This document shows positions 27,896 through 38,289 of a stretch of 64,000 nucleotides of DNA, in pieces. Source of the DNA: an uncultured Gammaproteobacteria bacterium. Its GTDB lineage: Bacteria; Patescibacteriota; Microgenomatia; Levybacterales; GWA1-39-11. The DNA lies in NCBI GenBank assembly GCA_964425075.1, contig CAYRKM010000001.1:266484-330483 (forward strand). The letters run 5' to 3'. The translations under genes were made by a program, and so were the position numbers. How positions within the stretch are numbered: position 1 is the stretch's first letter; each line of letters starts with the position of its first letter. Below the pieces are notes generated by a model. The model ran no database searches. It was not told where the DNA came from and saw only the letters and a list, made by a program, of their open reading frames with translations.

Positions 27896-29034
27896 TTCTT
27901 GTTTGCGGGAAATTTTATTGCAGCATATGAGGCAATAAATGTTGAAATGGGCACAGCAAGAGTCAAGCCCATGCTTCCTGCAATTGTTCTTATGACCTCC
28001 TCAGAAACCATTTCATAGTTCAAAAGCACCCATGCTGGTTGGTTTGATGGATTAAGGACAAATAAAATAAAAAGCGCCAATGATACTCCCGCATATACTA
28101 AAACCAGCGTGTTCACGAGAGAGGCGACGTGCTCGCGTCCAACACGAAAACCCCTTTTAAAAAGCTCTATAAGAGATAGCTTTTTGTTTGCCCTACGAAG
28201 CTCATAAACAACCGCCGACTGTGAGGTAGTAATGTCATCAAGAATACCTAATGTCCCGATGATAATTCCACCCAGCAGAAGCCCTTCGAGATTTATTGGC
28301 GCATTGCCAAACTGTAGGTTGTAACTATCTTCATTACCAAGTCCCGTAAGGTGAACAAGTTTTACAAAGAAAAACGCCAACAATCCTGTGATCGTAAGAG
28401 AAATGAAGGTGGAGACAACTGCTGCGGTTGTTTGTCGCGAAATACCATGTGCGAGATAAATTGCAACTACAAGAATAATAAGAGAACCTGCGATACTAAC
28501 AAGAACAGGATCGTATCCCTGGATAATTAGGGGGACAATAAATTTTAGAATTACAAACAAACCAAATAGCATTCCAAAAACCGAGCCTATTCCCTTTTTT
28601 CCAGCAACAACAAAAACAAGAAGAAAAAAGAGAATAAGGATGTAGGAAATGTTTGTAAGCCTATATCTGTCTACAATAAAATATCCCTCCTTGCCGTTAG
28701 CGTCTTTTGTTTTAGCAATTATTACCTCTTCTCCCTTCGAAAGTCTTTGGTTGGGGGTAATGTTTACAACCCCACCATATTCAATTAGAATATCTTTTCC
28801 TTTTTCATAGCCATCTTGAATAGTGAGACCAACTACTTGCTGAAAATTTTTATAACCTGCAACCTCTTTTTCTCCCTGAGACACAATCTCAACAACTTTT
28901 GCACGCATGTATTCCTCTTTTGGTGGACTAAATTGAGGCCGACTTAAATCTTGCCCAAATACACCAACAAACTGTGGAATTGTGAAAAAAAAGAATAGCA
29001 GAAAAATAATAATTTTCTTCATGATGCGCTTCAT
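27892..29034 (-). CDS. YibE/F-family membrane protein
   Basis: Signal/TM, extracellular N-domain, then about 6 TM with characteristic Gly-rich helices; overlaps truB start by 4 bp. Confidence 0.55.
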   Translation of the reverse strand: MKRIMKKIIIFLLFFFFTIPQFVGVFGQDLSRPQFSPPKEEYMRAKVVEIVSQGEKEVAGYKNFQQVVGLTIQDGYEKGKDILIEYGGVVNITPNQRLSKGEEVIIAKTKDANGKEGYFIVDRYRLTNISYILILFFLLVFVVAGKKGIGSVFGMLFGLFVILKFIVPLIIQGYDPVLVSIAGSLIILVVAIYLAHGISRQTTAAVVSTFISLTITGLLAFFFVKLVHLTGLGNEDSYNLQFGNAPINLEGLLLGGIIIGTLGILDDITTSQSAVVYELRRANKKLSLIELFKRGFRVGREHVASLVNTLVLVYAGVSLALFILFVLNPSNQPAWVLLNYEMVSEEVIRTIAGSMGLTLAVPISTFIASYAAIKFPANKK

Positions 29035-29093
29035 ATTGTAACTTATTTAGTTTTTTTTGCATACTGAACTTCCCTTGATATAATGGATGTAGG

Positions 29094-30083
29094 ATGCTTA
29101 ATACATTTTTCAAGTTTTTGTTGAAAAATCAATTTATTGCGGGGCTTCTTTTTATTGCAATTCTTTGGATTCTTTTTACTCTTCGGGGTATTCTTCTTGC
29201 TTTTTTTATATCCTACATTATTATGGCAGCCCTTTCCCCAATGGTAGATTGGCTAAGGCACCAAAAAATTCCTAAAACGATTGCAGTTGTCATTACTTTT
29301 TTTACAGTTGTTGCGCTAGTAGTTCTTCTTATCCTACCTTTAGTTCCATTTTTTATAACCCAAATTCAGCAACTACTTAAAAGTTTCCCTCTATACCTTG
29401 ACCAAGCAGCAAGCGTAGTTGGGGTTAATCTTGACATACGAGGCGTTTCTCAAATCATCTCGCCTCAAACATTAGGAAATAATGCTTTTGCACTTGCGGG
29501 GGGCGTATTTGGAGGCGTTTTCTCTGTTATCACTATCCTTGCTGTAAGTTTTTATCTTCTTATGGACTACGACCATCTCAAGTCATCAATTGCCTCAATT
29601 TTTCCCAAAAAATACCAAGATGAAGTGACTTCTTTGGTTACTCAAATTAATGAAAAGCTCGGAGCATGGTTGAGAGGGCAAATCGTCCTTTCTCTTGTTA
29701 TTGGTAGTTTCACTTGGATTCTCTTAATGTTTCTGCATCTTCCCTTTGCCCTTCCCCTGGCAGTTCTTGCAGGACTTCTTGAAATTGTTCCAACGATTGG
29801 ACCTATCTTGGCCGCAATTCCAGCAGTAATAGTCGCCCTAACCATTTCCCCAAACATGGCTTTGGTTGTAATTATTGCTTACATAATTGTTCAAATGCTT
29901 GAAAATAATCTTTTAGTGCCCCGTATTATGCAAAGAGCAGTGGGGCTTAATCCGATTGCAGTAATTATAGGAATAATTGTTGGAGGACAACTTTTGGGAG
30001 TTATGGGAGCCCTTTTGTCTGTTCCATTTATTTCCCTGCTTGTTGTTATTTTTAAAAACGTGAGAGAACAATTTGAGGCCTAA
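29094..30083 (+). CDS. AI-2E family transporter (PerM/UPF0118 permease)
   Basis: 8-TM profile and the conserved C-terminal region LENNLLVPRIMQRAVGLNPIAVIIG. Confidence 0.6.
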   Translation: MLNTFFKFLLKNQFIAGLLFIAILWILFTLRGILLAFFISYIIMAALSPMVDWLRHQKIPKTIAVVITFFTVVALVVLLILPLVPFFITQIQQLLKSFPLYLDQAASVVGVNLDIRGVSQIISPQTLGNNAFALAGGVFGGVFSVITILAVSFYLLMDYDHLKSSIASIFPKKYQDEVTSLVTQINEKLGAWLRGQIVLSLVIGSFTWILLMFLHLPFALPLAVLAGLLEIVPTIGPILAAIPAVIVALTISPNMALVVIIAYIIVQMLENNLLVPRIMQRAVGLNPIAVIIGIIVGGQLLGVMGALLSVPFISLLVVIFKNVREQFEA

Positions 30084-30245
30084 ATATTTTTAAATAAGGC
30101 TTATATTAAAACCTCCTCTTGACAAGAAGTTATCCACATTTTTATACTGTACTACTGTTTCTGTCTTGCAACCTACCCAAAAGCTGCCTTCACGCGAACT
30201 TACTTCCCATATGGTTTGCGTTAAGACAAAACATAAAAACCTACT
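30084..30245. promoter_or_regulatory. Candidate oriC segment upstream of dnaA, with perfect DnaA box TTATCCACA at 30130-30138
   Basis: Consensus 9-mer seen directly. A second near-consensus box TTATCCACT at 31633-31641 plus an AT-rich run lies between dnaA and dnaN. Confidence 0.5.
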
Positions 30246-31583
30246 ATGGAAGACCTTTGGAAACAAGTCCTTGCTGAAATACAACTAGAAGTGTCCCCGC
30301 CAAGATTTACAACCTTTTTTAAAAAAACAACGCTTTTGTCCCTTGATGGAGACGTTGCCACAATAGCGGCTCCCAACTTTATGGTAGCAGAGCTATTGGA
30401 GAGGAATTATTATTCGCTTCTTAAGAGAGTTATTGATAAAAAAACTGAAAAAAATGTTTCCCTCATTTTTGAAACCCGGCAAGCAATTTCTCCTCAGAGA
30501 GACTCAGGACCATTATTCACGCAGGTTTCGTCTCAAAAGACTACAAAGAAAAGACCAATGAGAATAAAACCTGACTATAATTTTGACACCTTTGCAGTCT
30601 CCGACAGTAACCAGCTCGCATACACCGCTGCAAGCACTGTAGCAAATGACCCTGGCGGAAAATACAATCCTCTTTTTCTATACGGCTCTGTTGGGGTAGG
30701 AAAAACCCACCTGATGCATGCAATTGCAAATGAGGTTGTTGATAAGAATAGTAGCGCTTCTATTGTTTACCTTACTACTGAAGAATTCACAAACGAGCTC
30801 GTTGAGGCTATACAGTTCAAAACCACAACCCAAATGAGAAAAAAATTCAGGAACACAGACCTTTTACTTTTGGACGACATTCAATTTCTGAGCGGCAAGG
30901 AGAGGGTTCAAGAGGAGCTCTTCCATACTTTTAACACACTAATTGATAAGCATTGCCAAGTTATTTTTTCCTCAGACAGGCCCCCACATGAAATAAAAAA
31001 AATTGAAGCTCGGCTGGCATCTAGATTTGAGGGTGGACTTACAGTTGATATTGCCCCCCCGGACTTTGAGTTAAGAACTGCAATTCTCCTTATCAAAAGC
31101 GAAAAACTTGGTCTCTCTTTATCAGCTGAGCTTGCAAAGAGGGCGGCTGAAAAAATAACTGACTCAAGAGCCCTCGAAGGATTTCTGCTTAGGCTTATGT
31201 CGTATGTTGCAGCAAAACAAATAACCGAAATTAACGAAGAGCATATAGATGTCTGTCTTGGAAAACTGAAAGAAGAAAAGCAGGCCATTCATCCTGACGA
31301 CGTTGTAAAGGCGGTTTGTGACCATTTTAATATTAAAAACACACAGCTAAAAGGCACTAGAAGAGATGCTTTTCTGGTTAAGCCTCGACATATTTGCATG
31401 TTTTTACTAAAAGAGGAGCTTGGACTCACCTTTGTTGAAATTGGCAATCTTTTGGGTGGGAGAGATCACACAACAGTAATGCATGGTGTGGATAAGATAA
31501 GGGAACAGCTTCAGGGTTCTTCACATATCAATGAGGAAATCTTGTTCATTAAAAAAAAGGTTGAGGAGGGATATCTACAATAG
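30246..31583 (+). CDS. dnaA: Chromosomal replication initiator protein DnaA
   Basis: Walker A GSVGVGKTHLMHAIAN, sensor motifs, C-terminal DNA-binding HTH (LGGRDHTTVMHGVDKI). Confidence 0.95.
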   Translation: MEDLWKQVLAEIQLEVSPPRFTTFFKKTTLLSLDGDVATIAAPNFMVAELLERNYYSLLKRVIDKKTEKNVSLIFETRQAISPQRDSGPLFTQVSSQKTTKKRPMRIKPDYNFDTFAVSDSNQLAYTAASTVANDPGGKYNPLFLYGSVGVGKTHLMHAIANEVVDKNSSASIVYLTTEEFTNELVEAIQFKTTTQMRKKFRNTDLLLLDDIQFLSGKERVQEELFHTFNTLIDKHCQVIFSSDRPPHEIKKIEARLASRFEGGLTVDIAPPDFELRTAILLIKSEKLGLSLSAELAKRAAEKITDSRALEGFLLRLMSYVAAKQITEINEEHIDVCLGKLKEEKQAIHPDDVVKAVCDHFNIKNTQLKGTRRDAFLVKPRHICMFLLKEELGLTFVEIGNLLGGRDHTTVMHGVDKIREQLQGSSHINEEILFIKKKVEEGYLQ

Positions 31584-31713
31584 AAAAATGGAACACTTTT
31601 GTAAACACTTTTTCCCCCGAGTTTTCCACTACTTATCCACTTTTTTTGAGCCTCAGCCGTTTGCTTTTATACACTTATCAACCTATACTACTACTAATAC
31701 TAATTAATATTAT

Positions 31714-32817
31714 ATGAAGGTAACTATACTAACAGAAATCATTGATATATATATTCCACTTATAAACAAAACCCTTCCAACACATTCCCAAGTACCCATA
31801 CTTTCAAACATACTTCTTGTTGCAAAAAAAGACGGATTAACTCTTAAAGCAACAGATTTAGAATTAGGAATAGAAATAAAAATACCCGCAAAAATAGAAG
31901 CAGAAGGCTCAGTTACCGTTCCAGGTAAAGAATTTTTGGAAGTAATTGCTTCTTTACCCAAAGATAAAATAACCCTCGAGCTTATTAAAGACACTTTGAC
32001 ACTTCAATGTAGAGCAAGCAAAGTGAGTTTTAATACTATTCCAATGGAGGAATTTCCGGAGCTTTACAAAAGTAGGGGGGAAGAGGTCGCTCGATTTGGA
32101 AAGGGTGAATTTATGGACATCTTTTCCTACCTAGTATTTGCGGTTTCCGCAGAAGAAACAAGGCCTCAGTTGACGGGTGTTTTTATAAACAAGAAAGACG
32201 ATAAAATAGACTTTGTTGCAACTGATGGATATAGGATGTCTGTTAAGACAATAAGTGGGGGAGAGAGGAAAAACATATCTCAAGGATTGATTATTTCAGT
32301 TAAGTTAATAAATGAGGTTATGGGACTAAAGAATGATAAGGGGGACGTAGTTTTAAGAGTTAATCAGCAAGAGAATCAGGTTTTTTTTGAACTTGGGGAT
32401 GTGTTGTTTGTGGGGAGAATGATAGAGGGCGGATTTCCTGATTATTCAGGAGTGCTTCCTAAAGAAAGCAAAACAATAATTACCGTTGATAGGGAAGAGT
32501 TGCTACAAAGTGTTAAATTAGCATCTGTTTTTGCAAAAGATCAAAGCAACGTTTTGACGATGGAAGCAAGAGGCCAAGCGCTGCATTTGACAACAAAAGC
32601 TTCTGGTGTAGGCGAGGGGGAGATGGTGGTTGATTGTGAAAAGAAAGGCGAAGATGTAAAAATTGCATTTAACGCCCGATTTCTTCAGGATTTACTAAGG
32701 ACAGTTGATGCAAAAACAATTACTTTGAAGTTGAATAGTGGACTTGAATCAGCCCTGTTTGAAATAAAAGAAAGCAATTTTAAGCATGTAATAATGCCTG
32801 TTCAGGTGGACAATTAA
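31714..32817 (+). CDS. dnaN: DNA polymerase III beta sliding clamp
   Basis: 367 aa, three-domain pattern, position directly after dnaA. Confidence 0.85.
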   Translation: MKVTILTEIIDIYIPLINKTLPTHSQVPILSNILLVAKKDGLTLKATDLELGIEIKIPAKIEAEGSVTVPGKEFLEVIASLPKDKITLELIKDTLTLQCRASKVSFNTIPMEEFPELYKSRGEEVARFGKGEFMDIFSYLVFAVSAEETRPQLTGVFINKKDDKIDFVATDGYRMSVKTISGGERKNISQGLIISVKLINEVMGLKNDKGDVVLRVNQQENQVFFELGDVLFVGRMIEGGFPDYSGVLPKESKTIITVDREELLQSVKLASVFAKDQSNVLTMEARGQALHLTTKASGVGEGEMVVDCEKKGEDVKIAFNARFLQDLLRTVDAKTITLKLNSGLESALFEIKESNFKHVIMPVQVDN

Positions 32818-33833
32818 AAGGCCGGTAGGTAAAGAAGAATGTTTTTTTCTCCGCTCGAGGTTTTTGCTTTCCCACTTAGTATAAAGATGGGAGAAAGTAT
32901 ATTTTTTATTTTGTCATCAAAATAGCCAAGGGAAACAAGAGTAATATTAATTGCCTCAACGGTTAAGGAAGGGTCTTCAAATTCCCCCAGCTTTACAACG
33001 GTTGCTTCTCCTCTTTGGGTTAGTGTTTTTACTTCTTCAAGTGTATGAATTGTCGTTAGTCCAATTGTGTCTAGAGTAACGTTGAAATATTCAATTTTTT
33101 GAACCTTCCCAGCATTAGTTATCCAAACCGCAAATTTTGCAGGTGTTCCAAGCTGGTAATAAAGAGGGATGTCTTGTGCCGTTTGGGTATAGAGAAGTTC
33201 ATAAATAATAGCGTTGTCAAGAGAGAGTGCTGGTAAAAGCTCGCCGGTTTCGCTTTCATATCCATTTATCTCAACAGAATTTAAGGAGACATTTTTAATT
33301 TTAAGTTTTTCAATCTCTTCCCTGGCAATTTTTTCAATTTGCTCAACCGGAAGCTTGTTGGGCGAGGAGGGAGAGGGCTCAGTATTCATATACTGAACAA
33401 ATCCAGAGGTAGGATTTAGGAGGAGTGTTTGGTTTTGACCTTTTGTCCACAAGAGGCTATTTCCAAGCTTAATTGGACTTTCTAAAAAAGAAAGGTTCTC
33501 GGCAAATTCAGCGCCAGAATTCGAGAGGGAGTGGGAAACTTTAATAGCAGGAATCTGTTGGGGGAAGGATAGGCCTTCTTGAAGATCAAAGGTGACAGGT
33601 GTAGTAGTAGATATACTCACTCCGTCAGCCTTGTTAAACGTGGGTTTGGGAGGATTGATGGCACCTGTTGGGTTGAGTGGCACCCTTGTTGGAACAGGAA
33701 ATGACACATTATTCCCAATTCCGTTATTTTGTCGCAAAAATATTAAAACTCCGGCGACGACAAGAAATGTTATCAAAAAAGCGAGAACTACAAGAATTCT
33801 TAATTTAAATGAAGTTAAAAAATTATTTTCCAT
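32814..33833 (-). CDS. Membrane-anchored extracytoplasmic hypothetical protein. First gene position of the T4SS-like cluster on the minus strand is 40057; this is the last
   Basis: N-terminal TM then 300-aa soluble region. 4-bp overlaps chain it to the M23 peptidase gene. Confidence 0.4.
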   Translation of the reverse strand: MENNFLTSFKLRILVVLAFLITFLVVAGVLIFLRQNNGIGNNVSFPVPTRVPLNPTGAINPPKPTFNKADGVSISTTTPVTFDLQEGLSFPQQIPAIKVSHSLSNSGAEFAENLSFLESPIKLGNSLLWTKGQNQTLLLNPTSGFVQYMNTEPSPSSPNKLPVEQIEKIAREEIEKLKIKNVSLNSVEINGYESETGELLPALSLDNAIIYELLYTQTAQDIPLYYQLGTPAKFAVWITNAGKVQKIEYFNVTLDTIGLTTIHTLEEVKTLTQRGEATVVKLGEFEDPSLTVEAINITLVSLGYFDDKIKNILSPIFILSGKAKTSSGEKNILLYLPAF

Positions 33834-33836
33834 ATT

Positions 33837-34436
33837 TTAGCAAGACTCTGATGAAACACTAGCTGGAGCACAACCAGCTCCATTGCAAGTAGCTGGAATA
33901 ATTGATTGCGGAACATTTGGTGGGGCAAGTCTTAATCCACGCAGCTCAAAGTGAAGATGGGGTCCAGAAACTCTTCCAGTGGCCCCCATGTAGCCAATAA
34001 GTTGCCCCTTTTTAACTTTTGCACCTTCACCAACAAGAATTGCTGACAAGTGGGCATAGTAAGCAAGTGTTGCTCCTACGCTTGTAGGCGAAACTTTTAT
34101 TAAGTTTCCATATCCCCCATCGCATACTCCTTTTCCGTCGCAATCAAACACTTTAGCTGTTCCATCAAGAGTGGAGTAGACTGGGGTTCCTGTGTTGTTT
34201 GCGATATCAACTGATTCTCCCCCTCCCTTTAATTGAATTTCTGCATGGCTGGATGATCCCAGTGGCCCTTGGCTTATGATGCCTGTTGTTGGCCAACAAC
34301 CAGCTGTGCCCGCTGGGGGATTGCCAATTTTTACGTGAATGGTATTGCTGTCTGTTTGATATTTTTGTTGTCCAAAAACAAGACTTACTGAAAAAAACAA
34401 AAACAAAATACCTATGACAATGCTGTATTTTTTCAT
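33837..34436 (-). CDS. M23-family (lysostaphin-like) metallopeptidase, secreted
   Basis: HxxxD and HLHFEL (HxH) zinc-ligand motifs; signal peptide. Confidence 0.75.
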   Translation of the reverse strand: MKKYSIVIGILFLFFSVSLVFGQQKYQTDSNTIHVKIGNPPAGTAGCWPTTGIISQGPLGSSSHAEIQLKGGGESVDIANNTGTPVYSTLDGTAKVFDCDGKGVCDGGYGNLIKVSPTSVGATLAYYAHLSAILVGEGAKVKKGQLIGYMGATGRVSGPHLHFELRGLRLAPPNVPQSIIPATCNGAGCAPASVSSESC

Positions 34437-34915
34437 CTATTACAAAAGCTAAGCTTAAATATTTGACCTGCCTCGTTTGGATTGATACTTGCAGTGGTTG
34501 AGATTTCAACGGGTAGATTGCAAGCCTCATTTTCGCTTATTTCAAGCCTTTCTAAAAATGCTCTTTCGGCCTTTTGCCTGTTCTCTTCAAAAGGCGAGGA
34601 CTTAATGCTAATTAGGAATTTATTAAAAGGCTTAAGGTAAATAAGTCTAAACTCAGAAGCTTCCTCCATCAGTGAGTCTCCTTGTGCGGTTAGCTGAACC
34701 GCAGAAGCGTAGGGGTTTTTGACACTTACCCCTGATACGTCAATTCTCTCACCTGTTGGAATGTTTCTTAGAAAAATTGGTACGAGGGTGGGTGTTGGAA
34801 AAGTTGTTACCTGGGGAGTTTGTCTTGAAAAGCGTGCAAGCATAAGAGACAAAAGAGCAAGTCCAGCAAGGATAGTTAGAATAATAAATAATATTAGTTT
34901 AAGATTTAATTTCAT
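34433..34915 (-). CDS. Membrane-anchored hypothetical protein
   Basis: N-terminal TM; translationally coupled (overlaps) with both neighbours. Confidence 0.4.
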   Translation of the reverse strand: MKLNLKLILFIILTILAGLALLSLMLARFSRQTPQVTTFPTPTLVPIFLRNIPTGERIDVSGVSVKNPYASAVQLTAQGDSLMEEASEFRLIYLKPFNKFLISIKSSPFEENRQKAERAFLERLEISENEACNLPVEISTTASINPNEAGQIFKLSFCNR

Positions 34916-36156
34916 AAAGTATTACTGCACGAAGAAATTATTCTGTTTGCCTCCGACCATGCTCCCCACAATGTCCAATTGGTGCCGTTTTGTGAGAGAG
35001 AAACTGCTTTTTGAATGTTTTGCGTAGTGTCTTTCATTTGTTGAGAGCAGACAAGTCTTTTATTTTCATCAAGCGGATTATCGCATGATTGCGCCCCCCA
35101 TTTCCCTTCGCCATATGCGCCTTCGCAATGCGCCACTAAGTTAATTTGAAAAAGACCGACGCTGTAGTCATTTGTATCACAGTTTGTGTTCATAGCAAAA
35201 GGGTCTCCGCCGCTTTCAAGCTTGCAAATTAAAGACGCTGTTGTCGCCTTAGCCTCATCTCCTCCAAAATATGGAAGCAAGTTATTAACTGAGCAATATC
35301 CCCCAGCTTCGTGTGGTTGCGTGCAAACATTGGAAGAAACCCCATTGCTGCTTAAAAGGGGGCCGGTTGTTCTTGCGCTTACTACATAGTCAAACTCCAC
35401 AGATGGAACAGTTGGGGTGAGGGTAAACTTTATTGTTGGATAATTTTCGCTTGAAGAAAGAGACCACTCAATAACACTTCCCGTCTGAGTGTAGTTGCCG
35501 CTTATTTGCTCAGGTTTTGTGTCCGGTGGAATTATCGCAAAAATTGTAATAGTGTTTCTTGGAATATTCCCAACGCTTTCATCATGAGAGATGGAAACAG
35601 TTATATTAACAGATGAGCCCTCTGGTAGGTTTGGTGGCGGTTCTGAAATTGTAAGCTTTAGTCCGGGAATATCAGGATCGGTTTTTTGGGCACCATTTGC
35701 TGGAGGGTTAGTGGTTGAGTCTTTGTCACTAAATGGGTTAGGAATTGAGGAGCCTCCTCCAAAAAAAAGCATATAAATAATAATAAAAATAAAAACCCCG
35801 AAAAGCGTCCACATCACTCCGGGGTTTACTATATATCTTGCGACATTAATAGCGGTCCGAATATTTTTAATGGTATTGCGAGCCGTTTGAAAATTGTCAA
35901 AAGCAGAGCGTTTTTTCTTTCTATTCTCTTCATTCCCTTCGCCTGAACCGTTTTGAGACGAGTCGGGGTGGCCGCCATGTCTTCCCTCCGGCGCATGACT
36001 CCCTCCAAATCTACCACGGAATTTGTTGATAGATTCCATTGGGTGTCGCGCTGCTTTGCCCAATCTGTATGCGCTATTCGCTCTATCAACTAGGCTACTT
36101 TTGGATTTTTGTTCCTGCTGTGCCTCAGCTTCGTCGTAGTCAACATCGTTTGCCAT
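34912..36156 (-). CDS. Membrane-anchored lytic transglycosylase (SLT/lysozyme-like domain; VirB1-like role inferred)
   Basis: C-terminal KLESGGDPFAMN...YSVGLFQIN matches the SLT ES...GLMQI motif. TM at about residues 95-120. Confidence 0.6.
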   Translation of the reverse strand: MANDVDYDEAEAQQEQKSKSSLVDRANSAYRLGKAARHPMESINKFRGRFGGSHAPEGRHGGHPDSSQNGSGEGNEENRKKKRSAFDNFQTARNTIKNIRTAINVARYIVNPGVMWTLFGVFIFIIIYMLFFGGGSSIPNPFSDKDSTTNPPANGAQKTDPDIPGLKLTISEPPPNLPEGSSVNITVSISHDESVGNIPRNTITIFAIIPPDTKPEQISGNYTQTGSVIEWSLSSSENYPTIKFTLTPTVPSVEFDYVVSARTTGPLLSSNGVSSNVCTQPHEAGGYCSVNNLLPYFGGDEAKATTASLICKLESGGDPFAMNTNCDTNDYSVGLFQINLVAHCEGAYGEGKWGAQSCDNPLDENKRLVCSQQMKDTTQNIQKAVSLSQNGTNWTLWGAWSEANRIISSCSNTL

Positions 36157-36162
36157 AGTCTA

Positions 36163-38283
36163 TTATTTTGATGGTAATGGGTTATTTGGGGCAGGAGCCG
36201 GATTTTTGGGCTTGAAATCAGTCATTTGTGGTTCGGGTGTTGGCTGATCTGTTGGCATAATTGGCTCAGACGGCGCTGGATTTTGTTGGGGCGTAGGCTC
36301 TAGAGCAGCAGGTTGTGGTGCCACCGGAGGCATTTGTGGCGCACTGGGAGATGGGGATGTCATTTGGGGTGCGGGTTGTTCAGGAATTGGGGGAGGGGGT
36401 GGTGGAGCGGAAGCAGTTCTTGCATCGAGTATGTCCTGGGGTTTTGATGTAATTAAGTCATATTCAAATTGAGATGAAACGAATTGTGCGGTTACATGAT
36501 TTTGCCCGGCAAAGAGTAGGCCTTCTCCAACCTGGGCAGTAAGAAGGTATTGCTTTTCTCCTTCTGATAGGTTTAGGGTTTTGGCCAGGGTTTCAACTTC
36601 TGAGGAGCCCTGTTTTAAAAGGATTTGGACTGACGAATTTGAAAGAATTGCTTTTCCGTAATCACTTGACAGAAAATCTTCAATGTCCTGAGTTAGTGTG
36701 GTAACACCAAGATAGTATTTTCGCGCTCTCTTTGCTATTCCCTGAAGGAACGCTGCTGAGTCAGGATAGCGCATCATATACCAGGCCTCATCAACTATTA
36801 AAAGTCTTTTTTTAAGTTTTGTTCTCACTCTATTCCACACAAAATCTAGGATAACGTGCATAGCAATGGGTCGAAGAACGTCCTCGAGTTGTTTTAGGGA
36901 AAAAACTGTAAGCTGGTTTTTAACATCATAATTAGTTTGGTGGTTAAATAGCCCCGAAAATCCTCCTTTTACATATTTTTCAAGTCGGAAAGCTAACTCT
37001 TTTGCTTCTGGCTCCTCCATGTTAAGCAAAGTTTTGTAAAGGTCTTCAAGAATTGGGGGCTCATTTTTATAGGTTGCAGGATCGGGTGTTATGCCTTTTT
37101 GCTTATAGGAAAGCACGATTGCTCTATCAAGCATTGCCTCTTGCGTTGCACTCATTTCTCCAAGCATGGTTTTTAAAAGTCCATGAATTGAAAGTATTTT
37201 GATACCAAGCTGGGCCTCGGTTGCCTCATCAGCAAGAAGGGCAAAGGGATTAATCTTAACTGCAGAATCTTTTGAAAAAGAAATGTATTCTCCGCCTAAG
37301 GATTTGCAAAGTGCGCTATATTCGTCTTCAGGATCAATTATCAAAACCTCAGTGTCAAACATCATTTGGCGCAACACCTCAAGTTTTACCAAAAAAGATT
37401 TTCCAGAACCAGACTTTCCAAACACTACAGAATTCGCATTCTCAAAGGAAAACCTATCAACAATAACAAGGGAATTATTCAAAGTATTGACCCCATATAG
37501 AATTCCTCCCGGCTGCGAAAGCTCATATGAGGTAAATGGAAAAGTTGAGGCAACAGAGGTCGTGTCCATATTTCGAGTTGAAAATAGTTTGTCTGTTCCC
37601 ATTGGAAGAGTGGTTTTAAATCCATCTTCCATCTGAAGAGTGGCGGGTTTTATAACGAGCAAGTTAGAAGCCAAGAGAGACATTAGTTCCTTTGAGCGTA
37701 AATTTAGATCATTAATTTCGTTTGAGGCAAGGGTAATGTATAGTCCAAATTGGAAAAATCTTTCAAGTCCACGCGCGAGCTCCTCTCTTAAGGCTATTGC
37801 GTCCTCTAGTGATGCACGAATTTTAGGATCTGCCTCAATTCCTTGTTTTTCATCAGATTCAATTGTTGCCTCCATCTCGGCAATTTTACGTCTAAGATTG
37901 GATAAAATATCTTTTGACTCAACTGGGTATAAAAACATTGAGATATTCATTGTTTCTTTATAGTCGATGAGAATAGAGAGCCAATTTGGAGAAACCTGGC
38001 GAGGATAGTCCACAACAAAAAAAGTGCGGTAGTATGTGTCTCCAACGCGAATATGTTTAAAATCAACTTCAACAGAGGAAGGGGCAATGATATCAACAAT
38101 TGAGACGGAGCCCTTTTTTAAAGTTTCAAGAGAAGAATTCATGTCAGGTTTTTTTGAAGAAGGTTTTGCCTGTGGTGCTTGGGGTGTTTGGGTGGGCGCA
38201 GTTGCGCTGTCAGGAGGTTGCGTTGGGACAGCTCCAGACCGTGTTGGATTTGGTTGTTCTACCTTTTTTTTCTTTCCAAACAT
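36163..38283 (-). CDS. virB4: VirB4/TrbE/CagE-family type IV secretion ATPase with Pro-rich C-terminal extension
   Basis: Walker A FGKSGSGKSF, Walker B LLIVDEAWYMM, TTLTQDIEDF, family-typical N-domain (VGDTYYRTFFVVDYP). Confidence 0.8.
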   Translation of the reverse strand: MFGKKKKVEQPNPTRSGAVPTQPPDSATAPTQTPQAPQAKPSSKKPDMNSSLETLKKGSVSIVDIIAPSSVEVDFKHIRVGDTYYRTFFVVDYPRQVSPNWLSILIDYKETMNISMFLYPVESKDILSNLRRKIAEMEATIESDEKQGIEADPKIRASLEDAIALREELARGLERFFQFGLYITLASNEINDLNLRSKELMSLLASNLLVIKPATLQMEDGFKTTLPMGTDKLFSTRNMDTTSVASTFPFTSYELSQPGGILYGVNTLNNSLVIVDRFSFENANSVVFGKSGSGKSFLVKLEVLRQMMFDTEVLIIDPEDEYSALCKSLGGEYISFSKDSAVKINPFALLADEATEAQLGIKILSIHGLLKTMLGEMSATQEAMLDRAIVLSYKQKGITPDPATYKNEPPILEDLYKTLLNMEEPEAKELAFRLEKYVKGGFSGLFNHQTNYDVKNQLTVFSLKQLEDVLRPIAMHVILDFVWNRVRTKLKKRLLIVDEAWYMMRYPDSAAFLQGIAKRARKYYLGVTTLTQDIEDFLSSDYGKAILSNSSVQILLKQGSSEVETLAKTLNLSEGEKQYLLTAQVGEGLLFAGQNHVTAQFVSSQFEYDLITSKPQDILDARTASAPPPPPPIPEQPAPQMTSPSPSAPQMPPVAPQPAALEPTPQQNPAPSEPIMPTDQPTPEPQMTDFKPKNPAPAPNNPLPSK

Positions 38284-38289
38284 ATTAAA

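Noticed and set aside
37199-37963. Plus-strand ORFs 37199..37636, 37272..37466 and 37640..37963
   Set aside because: Antisense to the strongly supported VirB4 ATPase gene; no motifs.
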